Shown here: positions 29,124 to 39,389 of the stretch, in pieces
Numbering within the stretch: position 1 is the stretch's first letter
Layout: each line of letters starts with the position of its first letter
Made by a program: the position numbers and the translations under genes
Notes under the pieces: generated by a model
Seen by the model: the letters and a program-made list of their open reading frames with translations, nothing else
The model's database searches: none
What the model was told of the DNA's origin: nothing
DNA from: Myxococcota bacterium
GTDB lineage: Bacteria; Myxococcota; XYA12-FULL-58-9; JABJBS01
Direction of reading: 5' to 3'
NCBI GenBank assembly: GCA_036339465.1
Contig: JAYZAY010000038.1
Span: forward strand, 1 to 42,012
DNA: 42,012 nt

Positions 29124-32105
29124 ATGGACCATTCCACAGCGCTCGCCCATTACTTCCTCCAGGGCGTTCAAAACGAAATCTCGGCTTCCAACTTGTCGAT
29201 TTACCTGCCATCCCCCTCTAAAGCGAAGAAACACACCATGCTGGTCCACAGTGGCGCAGCAGCATCAGCCACACATATGATGCAAACCAGAGAAAAAGCC
29301 GAAAAATTCACCCTAAAATGGCAAAAAGAGTTCGACCCCGAAAAAACAAACGTCAACGTCACGTTTCTATGCGGAGACACCGCAAACCTTGTTCCCCTTA
29401 TAATACACATATCTGAAAGTCCGCCAACCCTTTGCCTCCCCATATTCTTGGGAAAAAGTGCCTTATCATTGCCCACTCTAAGCTCTGATACCACACCAAA
29501 AAGACGCGCGACCGATGGAACAAGCTCCGTTTTGAAAAGTCTACAACCAGTAGCCTGGTTAACAATTCAATTCTCAAAACAAACCAATTACGAAACTTTC
29601 GTTACAAACTTAAAAAGCGATATTAATCTAACCTGGCTCATAAGCCTAGGAAGCGCCATAAGCAGACATTTAGTAAGACTCCGAACCGTCCTCAATGATG
29701 CGCTCACCGGGCTTCCCTGCTTGGCAGAGCTGCAACAATTTATCAACGAGCTTATTCGCAATCCATCGCCCACAACCCACCCCTTTGCCCTCGCCCTTCT
29801 AAGTCATATCGACTTCGCACAAGTGAACGAGTCACAGGGGCGTGAAAATGCCGACCAAATCTTAGAAACCATTGGAGAATTGCTTCAAGAAAATCTCCGG
29901 TCCACGGATTTTCTTGCGAGAATTGGGGGAGCCGTTTTTTCCATTGTATTCCCTCATTCCGATTCTGACCAAACCATCTCAGCAACCAATAGAATCATCA
30001 CTCGACTCAATACTTATGCACAAAATCATTTTGGGAACCCACTTTCATTTCGATGCGGCATCAGTGTTTACAACGGCGAAACACCCCTACAACCCCAACT
30101 ATTGATTCAACAAGCCGCTCAAAGTCTTTATCAAGCACGTTTGTCCAATAAAGACAAAATCGTTGCTTGGCCTTCCAATAAGCTGGTTCAAACCAGTGAA
30201 GTTGACCCCCTAACTGGTGTTCTAACCGGGGACATGGCCCGTGACTATCGACGAATGACCCTAATGTATCAGATTGTCAGCCATATGGCTTTCCGGGAAG
30301 CCTCTAGTGCAATCGTCAAAAACAGTTTAGAGAGCCTCAAAACAAACATCAATACGCGCTCGGTGCACGTGGTCTTGCGAGAATCAGAACAAGAACTGAA
30401 AGAAGCTGAAACAAGTCGACTCACCAATCAAGAGACACCCCTAGAGAAACAAGACCTCCTCCTGATCGAAGAGAGTGTGAATAGAGCAACCATATTGGGT
30501 TTTGGCATCTCCGGCGTAGATTCAGCCAATTTCGAATTAAACCATCGTGCCCTAGTAGTCCCCCTAACCGCCGGAGACCATGACCTTGGCTGTCTCTATT
30601 TTACCCAGCATCAACACAACGATTGGCTCGATGTCACCGACGTCCTTTTCTTGCAGGGTATTGCAACTCAAATTGCCGTTGCCTTAGACCGCGCAAACTT
30701 GGCAGAACAAGAACGCTCACGACAAGACGAAGAAAAACGCCGACTCAAAAGAGAATTTGCAACCCTCAGAGCCGCATTCGGGACCTCGAAACTCGTTTAT
30801 CGCTCACCGCAAATGGAAAAGATCTTGGACGCAGCGAGGCGGGTTGGTAATACAGGAGCAACCGTTCTCCTTACCGGCGAAAGTGGGACCGGTAAGGGCG
30901 TGTTAGCGCGAACCATCCATAGCCTTAGTGCCCGGGCAGATCGGGCGTTTATAACAGTGGACTGCAACGCCATCGCTCCCACGCTCATCGACAATGAATT
31001 GTTTGGTCATATCCGCGGTGCCTATACAGGTGCACAATCGACCAGCTCTGGGCGCATTTGGGAAGCCAATGGTGGCACGGTTTTCATCGACGAAATTGGT
31101 GAGCTCCCACTGGAAGTGCAAGGCCGACTCTTAACCTTTGTTCAAGACCGAAAAATAACCCCTGTGGGAGCGACAAAGTCCCACTCCATTGATGTCCGTA
31201 TCATTACCGCCACCAACCGAGACCTAGAAAAAGAAGTCGCGGCCGGACGCTTTAGAGAAGATCTCTACTACCGAATCAACGTCGTCTCCTTTCACCTTCC
31301 TCCACTACGAGACCGTCAAGAAGACTTGGAAATTCTCCTCCGTTACTTTCTGGATAAATTCAGTGTTCAATACCAAAAACGTGTCGTTGGGCTCACAGCC
31401 GGGGCCTCAAATTTGGTCATGAACTATTCTTGGCCTGGGAACATTCGAGAACTCGAAAATAAATTGATGCGTGCCGTCATTATGTGCCGAGGGGAACTCC
31501 TCGAATTTGATGAATTAAGTATTGCACCTCAAATAGATGACCCCATCTCGAACGAAAATCTTCCAAAATCCGTACTCAGTCAAATCAAAAATGACCCAGC
31601 CGTATCATTTGAGTTACCATCTCCCATAGGTGAACCCGCCCTGGGTCCAAAAATACAGCTGCAGGAATGGCTCACGAATGATATTGGCGTTGCGGTAAAA
31701 GAACTCCCTAAATCCCCTGACCCTATCGCTCTCTGGCTCGAAGAGTCCCTCATAGAAGCTGCTCAGCAGGTTTCAGCGAGCCTTTCCCAGAGCCAAACCG
31801 GTAGCGTCATCAGAAGGGCTGCCAAACTTCTTGGCTGTTCTGAATCCACCTACCGTCGGCGACTTCGAGAAGTCCAGGTCCAGAAAATGACGCATCCGCG
31901 CCGGCGAATTTGGCAAACCCGTCTCGAAGTGCTTCAAACCCTTATCGAAAAAGAGCCTGATACACGCGATAATCTCTTGAAATCATGGAAACAAAACACT
32001 CTAAAACTCGTTCGACATGCCGTCGGCCCCAATATCCGGGCCGCCTCTCAAATGATGAATGCCACGGAACAAACCATTCGTAAGTGGTCGGACCAAATGA
32101 TTTAA
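29124..32105 (+). CDS. sigma54-dependent enhancer-binding protein with degenerate GGDEF, GAF, AAA+ and C-terminal HTH-like domains
   Basis: DALTGL...ARIGGAVF (GGDEF-like, degenerate); LVVPL...LGCLY...IATQIAVALDRA (GAF); GESGTGK, ELFGHIRGAYTGA, FIDEIGE, FREDLYYR, WPGNIRELEN; RAAKLLG and RAASQMM (HTH-like). Confidence 0.88.
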   Translation: MDHSTALAHYFLQGVQNEISASNLSIYLPSPSKAKKHTMLVHSGAAASATHMMQTREKAEKFTLKWQKEFDPEKTNVNVTFLCGDTANLVPLIIHISESPPTLCLPIFLGKSALSLPTLSSDTTPKRRATDGTSSVLKSLQPVAWLTIQFSKQTNYETFVTNLKSDINLTWLISLGSAISRHLVRLRTVLNDALTGLPCLAELQQFINELIRNPSPTTHPFALALLSHIDFAQVNESQGRENADQILETIGELLQENLRSTDFLARIGGAVFSIVFPHSDSDQTISATNRIITRLNTYAQNHFGNPLSFRCGISVYNGETPLQPQLLIQQAAQSLYQARLSNKDKIVAWPSNKLVQTSEVDPLTGVLTGDMARDYRRMTLMYQIVSHMAFREASSAIVKNSLESLKTNINTRSVHVVLRESEQELKEAETSRLTNQETPLEKQDLLLIEESVNRATILGFGISGVDSANFELNHRALVVPLTAGDHDLGCLYFTQHQHNDWLDVTDVLFLQGIATQIAVALDRANLAEQERSRQDEEKRRLKREFATLRAAFGTSKLVYRSPQMEKILDAARRVGNTGATVLLTGESGTGKGVLARTIHSLSARADRAFITVDCNAIAPTLIDNELFGHIRGAYTGAQSTSSGRIWEANGGTVFIDEIGELPLEVQGRLLTFVQDRKITPVGATKSHSIDVRIITATNRDLEKEVAAGRFREDLYYRINVVSFHLPPLRDRQEDLEILLRYFLDKFSVQYQKRVVGLTAGASNLVMNYSWPGNIRELENKLMRAVIMCRGELLEFDELSIAPQIDDPISNENLPKSVLSQIKNDPAVSFELPSPIGEPALGPKIQLQEWLTNDIGVAVKELPKSPDPIALWLEESLIEAAQQVSASLSQSQTGSVIRRAAKLLGCSESTYRRRLREVQVQKMTHPRRRIWQTRLEVLQTLIEKEPDTRDNLLKSWKQNTLKLVRHAVGPNIRAASQMMNATEQTIRKWSDQMI

Positions 32106-32172
32106 CACTCCCTTGCTCCCCCTCCCATTGACCGCTATAGCATGCCAAAACCTCTAATGCATGGAGGATGCC

Positions 32173-33351
32173 ATGCCACAAGATATATTTACCCCCAGTC
32201 CAGAACACCAATCTTTAAGAGAAATGTTGCGGCAATTTTCTGAGCGTGAAATCGCTCCACAAGCTGCAGAACACGACCGCAACGAGAGTTTCAATATAGA
32301 ACTGTTCAGGAAACTTGGAGGGCTAGGCCTTTTGGGGATCACCGTTGACCCTCAATATGGCGGTTCTGGTATGGATGCCACCGCCGCTGTCATTGCACAC
32401 GAAGAAATCGCAGCGATAGACCCTGGATTTTGCTTGGCTTATCTCGCCCACTCAATGCTCTTTGTAAATAACATGTCCCAAAACGGATCAGATTCTCAAA
32501 AAGAAAGATATCTTCCCGACACATGTTCCGGCAAGGCGATCGGTGGGATGTGTATGAGTGAGCCTGCTGTGGGAACCGACGTTTTGGGAATGCAGACCAG
32601 CGCCAAAGAGGAGGGCGACTCTTTTATCATTAACGGCGCCAAAATGTGGATCACCAATGGTGCCATTAGCGCATCTGAGCTGGGTGATATTTTTCTGGTC
32701 TACGCAAAGACCGGACCAAATACGAAAGACTGCTCCCTTTTTCTCGTAGAAAAAGGAACACCGGGCTTTAAGCTTGGGCAAAAGATTCATGATAAATTGG
32801 GTATGAGAGCCTCGACAACCGCTGAATTGGTTTTCGAAGACTGTAAAATCCCCAAAGAAAACCTTGTTGGCAATCAGGGCGATGCCATTTTGCATATGAT
32901 GCGCAATCTCGAACTTGAGCGACTCACCCTTGCTGCGATGAGTCTTGGTATTGCCAGGCGTAGTATCGAAATTATGAATCAATATGCAACAGATCGGCAG
33001 GCCTTTGGAAGCCCGCTCCGCCACTTCGGACAAATTCAGAGACATATTGCAGAATCCTATGCCGAATACATGGCAGGTAGATCTTACGTTTACAATACCG
33101 CCGCAAACCTTGTGCTTCACAAAGGTGGAAACCGCCTCGACTCGGATGGCGTGAAACTCTACTGCTCAACCATGGCCAAAAATGTCGCTGATAGAGCGAT
33201 CCAAGTTCTCGGTGGTTATGGATACGTTGGTGAATATGTCGTAGAGAGACTGTGGCGAGACGCCAAACTACTGGAAATCGGAGGCGGAACCATTGAGGCC
33301 CACCATAAGAATATGGCCCGTGAACTCAAATACATAGAAAAATTGCCCTGA
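32173..33351 (+). CDS. liuA: isovaleryl-CoA dehydrogenase
   Basis: GGAGG RBS before ATG 32173; YGGSGMD, AHSML, MSEPAVGTD, KMWITNG, KLGMRAS, LELERL, RQAFG, GGYGY, RLWRDAKLLEIGGGT; adjacent liu genes. Confidence 0.85.
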   Translation: MPQDIFTPSPEHQSLREMLRQFSEREIAPQAAEHDRNESFNIELFRKLGGLGLLGITVDPQYGGSGMDATAAVIAHEEIAAIDPGFCLAYLAHSMLFVNNMSQNGSDSQKERYLPDTCSGKAIGGMCMSEPAVGTDVLGMQTSAKEEGDSFIINGAKMWITNGAISASELGDIFLVYAKTGPNTKDCSLFLVEKGTPGFKLGQKIHDKLGMRASTTAELVFEDCKIPKENLVGNQGDAILHMMRNLELERLTLAAMSLGIARRSIEIMNQYATDRQAFGSPLRHFGQIQRHIAESYAEYMAGRSYVYNTAANLVLHKGGNRLDSDGVKLYCSTMAKNVADRAIQVLGGYGYVGEYVVERLWRDAKLLEIGGGTIEAHHKNMARELKYIEKLP

Positions 33352-33609
33352 GTAAAAGCGCAAGTCATTCTGGACTCACTTGACCGATTACCCATTTGGC
33401 CGTCACTGCCTTCTGTAATTCAGGTGGCCAATTTAGCGGTCTTTGGTCCAATCGGGTTTTTGGTGGTCAGTGAATCGGTTCGTCGGTCGCGGGCTTCCCG
33501 TATTCGTCAATATTTAGGTTCTCAGCCCAGCAACTCACCTACATAGAGAGCGTTTTTTTACCCTCACCTCCCCCTGGCTTCTTGCCTCCACATAGCTATA
33601 ATAAAAACC

Positions 33610-34212
33610 ATGAGTGGACATAATAAAGGTGTGTTTATCGCCCGGGATGGCGTGCTTATCCCCAAGCAACCACAACGAAAGACGGTCGTCAGTTCGGAGC
33701 TTGTTCCGGGAAGCGTCGAGGGAATATCCCGAATACGCGCTCTGGGCTTCACCGTATTCATTGTCACCAATGATGAAGACGTCTGTCATGGTACTATTAA
33801 GGAAATCGAACTCGAAGACCTCCACGGCCATCTTGTTTGCGCCATCAGTGAACTGGATTCCAACGCCTTTATTGATGGCGTATTCTACTGCGTTCACCAT
33901 CCAGAAGCCAAGCTTCAAGAATACCGGAAAAAGTGTGATTGTCGCTTACCCAAACCAGGACTTCTCGAAAAAGCAGCCGGAGATTTCTCCGTGGACCTAT
34001 CTCGAAGCTTCATGATTGGAGACCACGAATCACTGGTCATCACCGGCCATTTGGCTGGCGGTCAGTCAATTCTCATTAAGAGCCCAGGCAACAATGACCT
34101 AGATCTCGGCCCCATTGACAGCTCTCTCCCATACGACCCCAAAGTGGCAGAACCTGACATGACCTTTAACAATCTTACCGAAGCTGCAGACTGGCTTGCC
34201 AACAAGGATTAA
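33610..34212 (+). CDS. GmhB/HisB-N-like HAD IIIA family protein with substituted catalytic residues
   Basis: FIARDGVL, IVTND, YCVHHP...CDCRLPKPG, SFMIGD. The fold is recognisable but the nucleophile Asp is Ala. Confidence 0.8.
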   Translation: MSGHNKGVFIARDGVLIPKQPQRKTVVSSELVPGSVEGISRIRALGFTVFIVTNDEDVCHGTIKEIELEDLHGHLVCAISELDSNAFIDGVFYCVHHPEAKLQEYRKKCDCRLPKPGLLEKAAGDFSVDLSRSFMIGDHESLVITGHLAGGQSILIKSPGNNDLDLGPIDSSLPYDPKVAEPDMTFNNLTEAADWLANKD

Positions 34213-34228
34213 TCAACGATAAATGCCT

Positions 34229-37159
34229 CTAACCAAAGGCACCGACCTTATAGCTAATAACCGCACTGGATTCGCGGAGTAAATCGTAGAGTTCCATTAT
34301 CGGCTGGAAAAGTTCACGATGTTCTTGATCATAACCCTGCATTTTATCGCTCACATAGGTGGCTGCCTCTCCGAATATGTCGGGGTCAATTGACTCTCCT
34401 TTAACCGGAAACGCCCGAGCCAAAATATCTAAAGCACCAACGACATCTAGATGGAAAAGATCATCGACCACTTCAGCGACAGTAATATCTGCCTGGCTAC
34501 TAAACCTCGGAATTCTAACCGCATATAGAAATATTTCCTGAATCAGTACATGGCGGATGCTGTGCACAATGTCCAATTCAGGATCCTGTGCTTCTTTAAA
34601 CTCTTCATCTTCCAATAAGTCACAACCATATTCTAAATCAAAAAAATCCTCCGCCAACCGTAAATAAATACTCCGAAGATCTGGATATTGATTTTCCCGA
34701 GCCAAGTGACCACTAATGCGTCGCATGCTTCTTTGACGGATTTCATCGGCTTCTTGAGCCCGCGACAACCAATAGCCACGGTCGAAAAGTCTTAAATAGG
34801 CTTCAAGATACTCGAGCCTACTCAGCGTATAAGCGCGTCCCACCAGGTCGAAGAGACAACGAAACCTGGCCGAATCTTGATATAGGGACAGAAAAGGCTC
34901 TTTATCGCGCCCAACGGCTGTGCCAACACCGCCTAAACTATTTGCCATAAAGCCCATCTGTTGCAAAATAGCATTATGGGGAATCGCCCGAATCTGAGAG
35001 GGATGGTTTTTTCGATGACGCTTTTTGCCACCACCGTCTCTTCGAACCACACGGGAACCGGTACCAAAAAGTAAGTTAGAACCAAACACATCGATCAATT
35101 GTCCATAAGACGAATCTTCCATCACTGCTTCGTTAAATTCCTTAACGGTAATAAAGAAATCTAAAGAACGATTGGCCTGGCTATAGAATGTATCGGGCTC
35201 TCGCTCCGGTCGTGATAAAGCATGCTCCATCAACCGGACCGCGGTGGCATAAGCCATCTGATGATTACCAAAATAGAGGAAACCATCGCCGCCTTGAAAG
35301 CTAAGTTCTTGCTTAAATTGAATCCCTTCCTCCCGAAAAAGAATCCGGCTGGCTGGTGATGATACATATTCTAAACGTTGTGTGAAACTTCGCGGATGCG
35401 CTCCTCTCCCAATCGACTCTCCATGGGTATCAAAGATAACGAGTTCAACATCTTGGATCCCTGTGCGACTCATAAGACGCGCGAGTTTCATTCGTAACCG
35501 CTCAATCGCCATCCCCGCAGCAACTTGCCCCAAATAACGCCCCGCATCAGAAAAGCCTGTCTGCACACAGAGTCGACCACGCCCTCGGATATATTCAAGA
35601 TATTCGGGAATCTCGAGCAATTTCTCGAACAGGGAATCTGCCCGCTCCAGTGCCGTCTCAGTTTCAAATAACGGCGAAATATCAATCTGTTTGTCTACAC
35701 CAAAGAGCTTGGCAAAATAAAGCGCAGTCAAAACCGTAAAGGGAGTATCACACTCAGCAATTAAGAAACGAATTGGGTCGTCCCCGTCGATAAACTTCAA
35801 AATTTGTGCGACAACCATAAATAGGCGTTTGGCGGTCATTTGCTCGCTCATGACAGAACCAAAATTAATCAGAACCGGTTTATCATTCACCTGAAATAAG
35901 GCTCTAAGATCTTCGAGAACCCCTCTTCTCTGCCCTGCATCATCGGGAGAACCATCCAACTTTAGATCTCGCCGAATCGCATTGTGCAACTGCGAACTAT
36001 TGAGCCGCACATGGGTGTGCGCAAGTCCCAAACCAAAATTCGCGACCTCCGCTCTCATGACACAAAGCTGACGCTTCAGTTCATTTGATGAACATTGCTC
36101 GACCGCACTCGACAGAAGGGTCAAAAGTTCGCCGGCTCTCGTGAGCCGAACATCTAAGCTCCGCACAAATTGGAGACTCAACCGACTTACTTCCTCGGGT
36201 CCCTCACAGTCCCGTTCGAGAGACTCTAAGTTCGCTTGAGATGCATATTCGGTGGTTCTCAGCTTGTCTTCTATCCGCTCCAAAAATGATACAACTTCAG
36301 GTTCTTCCCTAAGACAAGATTGGAACTTCCCTCGAAGCTCATCCAAAAATAAGAGATAATCTTGTAGCTGCGAAACCTCGACTTTTACCCTACTAAATAG
36401 AGAATGATACCACTTGATATCACTTCTCCCATCGAGGTCATAGCCAACCCAACTGGCCACGGTCAGTAATTGCGGCTTAAGCCGACACCACTCACCGGGA
36501 TATCGTTCTTCACCCACCTCCAACACAACTTCATACATTCGACGGATCGCCCAATGAACATTCTTTAGAGCTTCTATGGATAACTGGTGCTCCTGCCCCA
36601 GGCTAAGATCTGCGTCCGGCACATGACGACATCCATGAATCTCGTTCCACAGATTTTCTTGGTCCGATTCTGATAAAGGCTCCCCCTGAGAATTGATACC
36701 ACTGGTCAGCTGTGTCAGAGCACCATAAATATCACTGGAAAAAGCGAACGTGGGATGAGCTGTAGCCACAATACCCAGCCACTGCCTCTCGACAATACTT
36801 TGAAAAAGCTCGAATGGAACCAAATTACCTTCTTCGTCGTGCGCTTGTGCATCGATAAGAGCACGAAATCGGCCATCATTCTTATCTAGGTCTACCTCTT
36901 CCAAGTAATCGCGCAGTCGTTCAACACGCCCGGCAAAAGCCGAAGTGGTAAGACTTTGTAATAACGCGCGCAATGCATCAAGCCCGAGGGTTTTATTCGC
37001 CAACCTCTCAGATATATGGGTCGCTAACAGGATGACCGGATTAATGTCTGGATTATCCGATTTTTCTGCACGAAACTGCTCTAAAATACCCTTGAACTCT
37101 GCCAAAGTATGCTTTGAGGATTCACTCAAATCTTCTTTTCCTCGCAATACCTCCTCCAT
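34229..37159 (-). CDS. ppc: phosphoenolpyruvate carboxylase, divergent subtype
   Basis: GAGGAG RBS; TAHPT, SWVGYDLDGR, ISPLFET, QTGFSDAGR, THGESIGRG, FQGGDG, IRAIPHN. Confidence 0.8.
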   Translation of the reverse strand: MEEVLRGKEDLSESSKHTLAEFKGILEQFRAEKSDNPDINPVILLATHISERLANKTLGLDALRALLQSLTTSAFAGRVERLRDYLEEVDLDKNDGRFRALIDAQAHDEEGNLVPFELFQSIVERQWLGIVATAHPTFAFSSDIYGALTQLTSGINSQGEPLSESDQENLWNEIHGCRHVPDADLSLGQEHQLSIEALKNVHWAIRRMYEVVLEVGEERYPGEWCRLKPQLLTVASWVGYDLDGRSDIKWYHSLFSRVKVEVSQLQDYLLFLDELRGKFQSCLREEPEVVSFLERIEDKLRTTEYASQANLESLERDCEGPEEVSRLSLQFVRSLDVRLTRAGELLTLLSSAVEQCSSNELKRQLCVMRAEVANFGLGLAHTHVRLNSSQLHNAIRRDLKLDGSPDDAGQRRGVLEDLRALFQVNDKPVLINFGSVMSEQMTAKRLFMVVAQILKFIDGDDPIRFLIAECDTPFTVLTALYFAKLFGVDKQIDISPLFETETALERADSLFEKLLEIPEYLEYIRGRGRLCVQTGFSDAGRYLGQVAAGMAIERLRMKLARLMSRTGIQDVELVIFDTHGESIGRGAHPRSFTQRLEYVSSPASRILFREEGIQFKQELSFQGGDGFLYFGNHQMAYATAVRLMEHALSRPEREPDTFYSQANRSLDFFITVKEFNEAVMEDSSYGQLIDVFGSNLLFGTGSRVVRRDGGGKKRHRKNHPSQIRAIPHNAILQQMGFMANSLGGVGTAVGRDKEPFLSLYQDSARFRCLFDLVGRAYTLSRLEYLEAYLRLFDRGYWLSRAQEADEIRQRSMRRISGHLARENQYPDLRSIYLRLAEDFFDLEYGCDLLEDEEFKEAQDPELDIVHSIRHVLIQEIFLYAVRIPRFSSQADITVAEVVDDLFHLDVVGALDILARAFPVKGESIDPDIFGEAATYVSDKMQGYDQEHRELFQPIMELYDLLRESSAVISYKVGAFG

Positions 37160-37342
37160 CCTAAACTCCTCAATCGAGTGGGCGTTTCACATCAGCGCGT
37201 TGTTGGCAGATTTTATATCTGCTTCAATACAAAAGAGCCAATAGATGTCGCTAGTTTTCCAACAATGATTGTCCATGGCCAGTCTTGCTCTCCCGAAAAC
37301 CTCAAGTTACGCTTAAGCCTAGTGAGATTTAGGATAAATCAA

Positions 37343-39379
37343 ATGAAAATATACGATTTTGTACCAAGGCTTGTTGCCAACATTGATTTTCTCAAATCTG
37401 AACACCAGGAACATTTCATCAGAATTCGAAATGCCGAAATCATTCCCATCAGCCCCAATGAATACGTATTCCATGACATTTTTCAACGTGGGCTGAGCCT
37501 GAAAGAAGCCATCCAAGAAAAGCTAAAATCCGCGGACCGAGTCCCTTCAACGGCACTTGTGAGCTTACTCAACAAGCTCCACCAAGCAAACGCCTTCACC
37601 AATCCACAAACAGAAATAGACTCAGTCGGCCTCGTCTCTGATCGGCGTTCCCTCTGGCGTAAATTACGACGGGCCGTGCCCCATACATTTCTATTCGTAA
37701 CAAACAACACCCCATCGACTACCTTCGCCAAAACAACAAGAACCAAGAACGCTACTCCCGAATCCCAGGGTGTGCAACTCGTGACGCTGGGGGCTCTAGT
37801 AGCCACTCTCCCCTCACTCTTGGAGCTCTACAAAAACGCAGCCGACCTCGGAGGACAAAATTGGTTGGCCACCTGTTTAGCCCTCTACCTTGGTGTCGTG
37901 GTCGCACTCTCCTTTGAAGGGCTGGGAAGACTTATTTGGTGTCGAACTCACCCCCAACTTCATGTTGAATACGGAATCGGATTGCGAGGCATCTTTTTGC
38001 ATTTAAAGGCCCGCTCTACCGACAGTTGGACTTTGGGCCACGACAAATTGGGCCAAGAAAGTGCCCACGGGTTACAGTGGATGCTGGTAAGCAGTATAGG
38101 GCTACAAATACTGACCTTGGTCCTAGAACCACCCCTTGCGAGTTTTGTTGCGACCCTCTCGATCGCGGCAGCCATGAGGAGTTTTGCCAGCCTCTGCCCA
38201 TTCGATGAATCCGATGGGAGACGCTTTCTGGAACTTGCTTTCCCCAATCTACAATACCTAGATCAGACCGGAGCGTACATAAAAAGAAAATATTTCCAGC
38301 GGCTTTTCGTGCGGAATTTATTCCATTCAGAGTTGCGTTTGCTGATCACCCTCACTGCCTGCATCGGCTGGTTCTCTATTTGGCTAAATCTATGGACCAA
38401 AATACTTAATCACATCATTTTACCTAACCTTTTACAGATCCTCAACAATCAATCCATGGTTTCCTTTACCATAGCCGTGGGTGTGGGGGGATTTAGCGTC
38501 GTGATTGTTATCTTTTGGCTCGTCTGGGGCCTTCAAATAGTGAGTCAAAATCTCATTGCCTGGCCCAAACCGACATCACAGAAGGAGAAATCAACCTTTC
38601 AAGCCACCAACGCCATAGACATCCTTCAAGGTTGTCCCATCCTCACAAATCTATCTGACTCCATTGTAAAAGAGCTGTCGAAACCTGAGAGGATTAAATC
38701 TTACCCTCCCAACACACAATTGCTTCAACAAGGAGAAACAGGAACTCGGTGTTTTATTGTGCTACATGGAACCGCCGAAGTATTTCAAGAAGATTCGAGC
38801 GGTTTGCGTACCACCATCACCCTATTAGGACCGAGTGATTGTTTCGGGGAAATCGCCCTTCTTGACAATGTGACACGAACCGCTTCAGTCAGAGCGTGCA
38901 CTGACATAAACGCCATCACAATTGAGCGAAAGGAATTTTTTGAATTGATAGAAACCGCTAATCTGACAAAAACTCAAATAACACCACTCCTTCGACTCAC
39001 CCAAAACCTCCGAAAATCCGACGTTTTTCAAGCCATGCACCCCAAGACAATGGCTGGCCTTCTCAGAAAAGGTCAACGAAAGAAAATCCCGGCTGGCAGT
39101 ACCGTGATTCAAGAAGGAGACAAAGGCAGCCATTTCTTTGTTATTGCGACCGGAGCTATCCAATTGACTCGACAAAATGACAGGTCCAATGTGACACTAG
39201 AAGCGGGAGATTTTTTTGGTGAAAAATCCCTATTAACTTCAAACCCGCGCAGTGCAAGCGCCATTGCCACTGAAGAGTCTGATCTCGTCTGCATCGATCG
39301 CGAAGACTTTCAAGCCGCACTGCTCGAAGATCTAGCCCTCAATTTCCAGCTCGAACAAATTGCCATGGGACGAAGATAG
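37343..39379 (+). CDS. membrane protein: degenerate M50 (site-2 protease)-like domain plus two cyclic-nucleotide-binding domains
   Basis: AGGA RBS before ATG 37343; several TM helices; EGLGRLIWC, STDSW and LCPFDESDG align with M50 motifs; two CNB cassettes (FGEIALLDNVTRTASV, FGEKSLLTSNPRSASA). Confidence 0.75.
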   Translation: MKIYDFVPRLVANIDFLKSEHQEHFIRIRNAEIIPISPNEYVFHDIFQRGLSLKEAIQEKLKSADRVPSTALVSLLNKLHQANAFTNPQTEIDSVGLVSDRRSLWRKLRRAVPHTFLFVTNNTPSTTFAKTTRTKNATPESQGVQLVTLGALVATLPSLLELYKNAADLGGQNWLATCLALYLGVVVALSFEGLGRLIWCRTHPQLHVEYGIGLRGIFLHLKARSTDSWTLGHDKLGQESAHGLQWMLVSSIGLQILTLVLEPPLASFVATLSIAAAMRSFASLCPFDESDGRRFLELAFPNLQYLDQTGAYIKRKYFQRLFVRNLFHSELRLLITLTACIGWFSIWLNLWTKILNHIILPNLLQILNNQSMVSFTIAVGVGGFSVVIVIFWLVWGLQIVSQNLIAWPKPTSQKEKSTFQATNAIDILQGCPILTNLSDSIVKELSKPERIKSYPPNTQLLQQGETGTRCFIVLHGTAEVFQEDSSGLRTTITLLGPSDCFGEIALLDNVTRTASVRACTDINAITIERKEFFELIETANLTKTQITPLLRLTQNLRKSDVFQAMHPKTMAGLLRKGQRKKIPAGSTVIQEGDKGSHFFVIATGAIQLTRQNDRSNVTLEAGDFFGEKSLLTSNPRSASAIATEESDLVCIDREDFQAALLEDLALNFQLEQIAMGRR

Positions 39380-39389
39380 GAGAAACATT

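Noticed and set aside
32135..32150. sigma54-like motif TTTTGGCATGCTATAGC between the activator gene and liuA
   Set aside because: Spacing is GG-N9-GC, not N10, and it is on the - strand, pointing away from liuA.
33349..33546. TGA read-through or selenocysteine extension of isovaleryl-CoA dehydrogenase; the frame stays open for 64 more codons
   Set aside because: The enzyme is already complete at the TGA, I see no convincing SECIS hairpin, and the extension has no recognisable motif.
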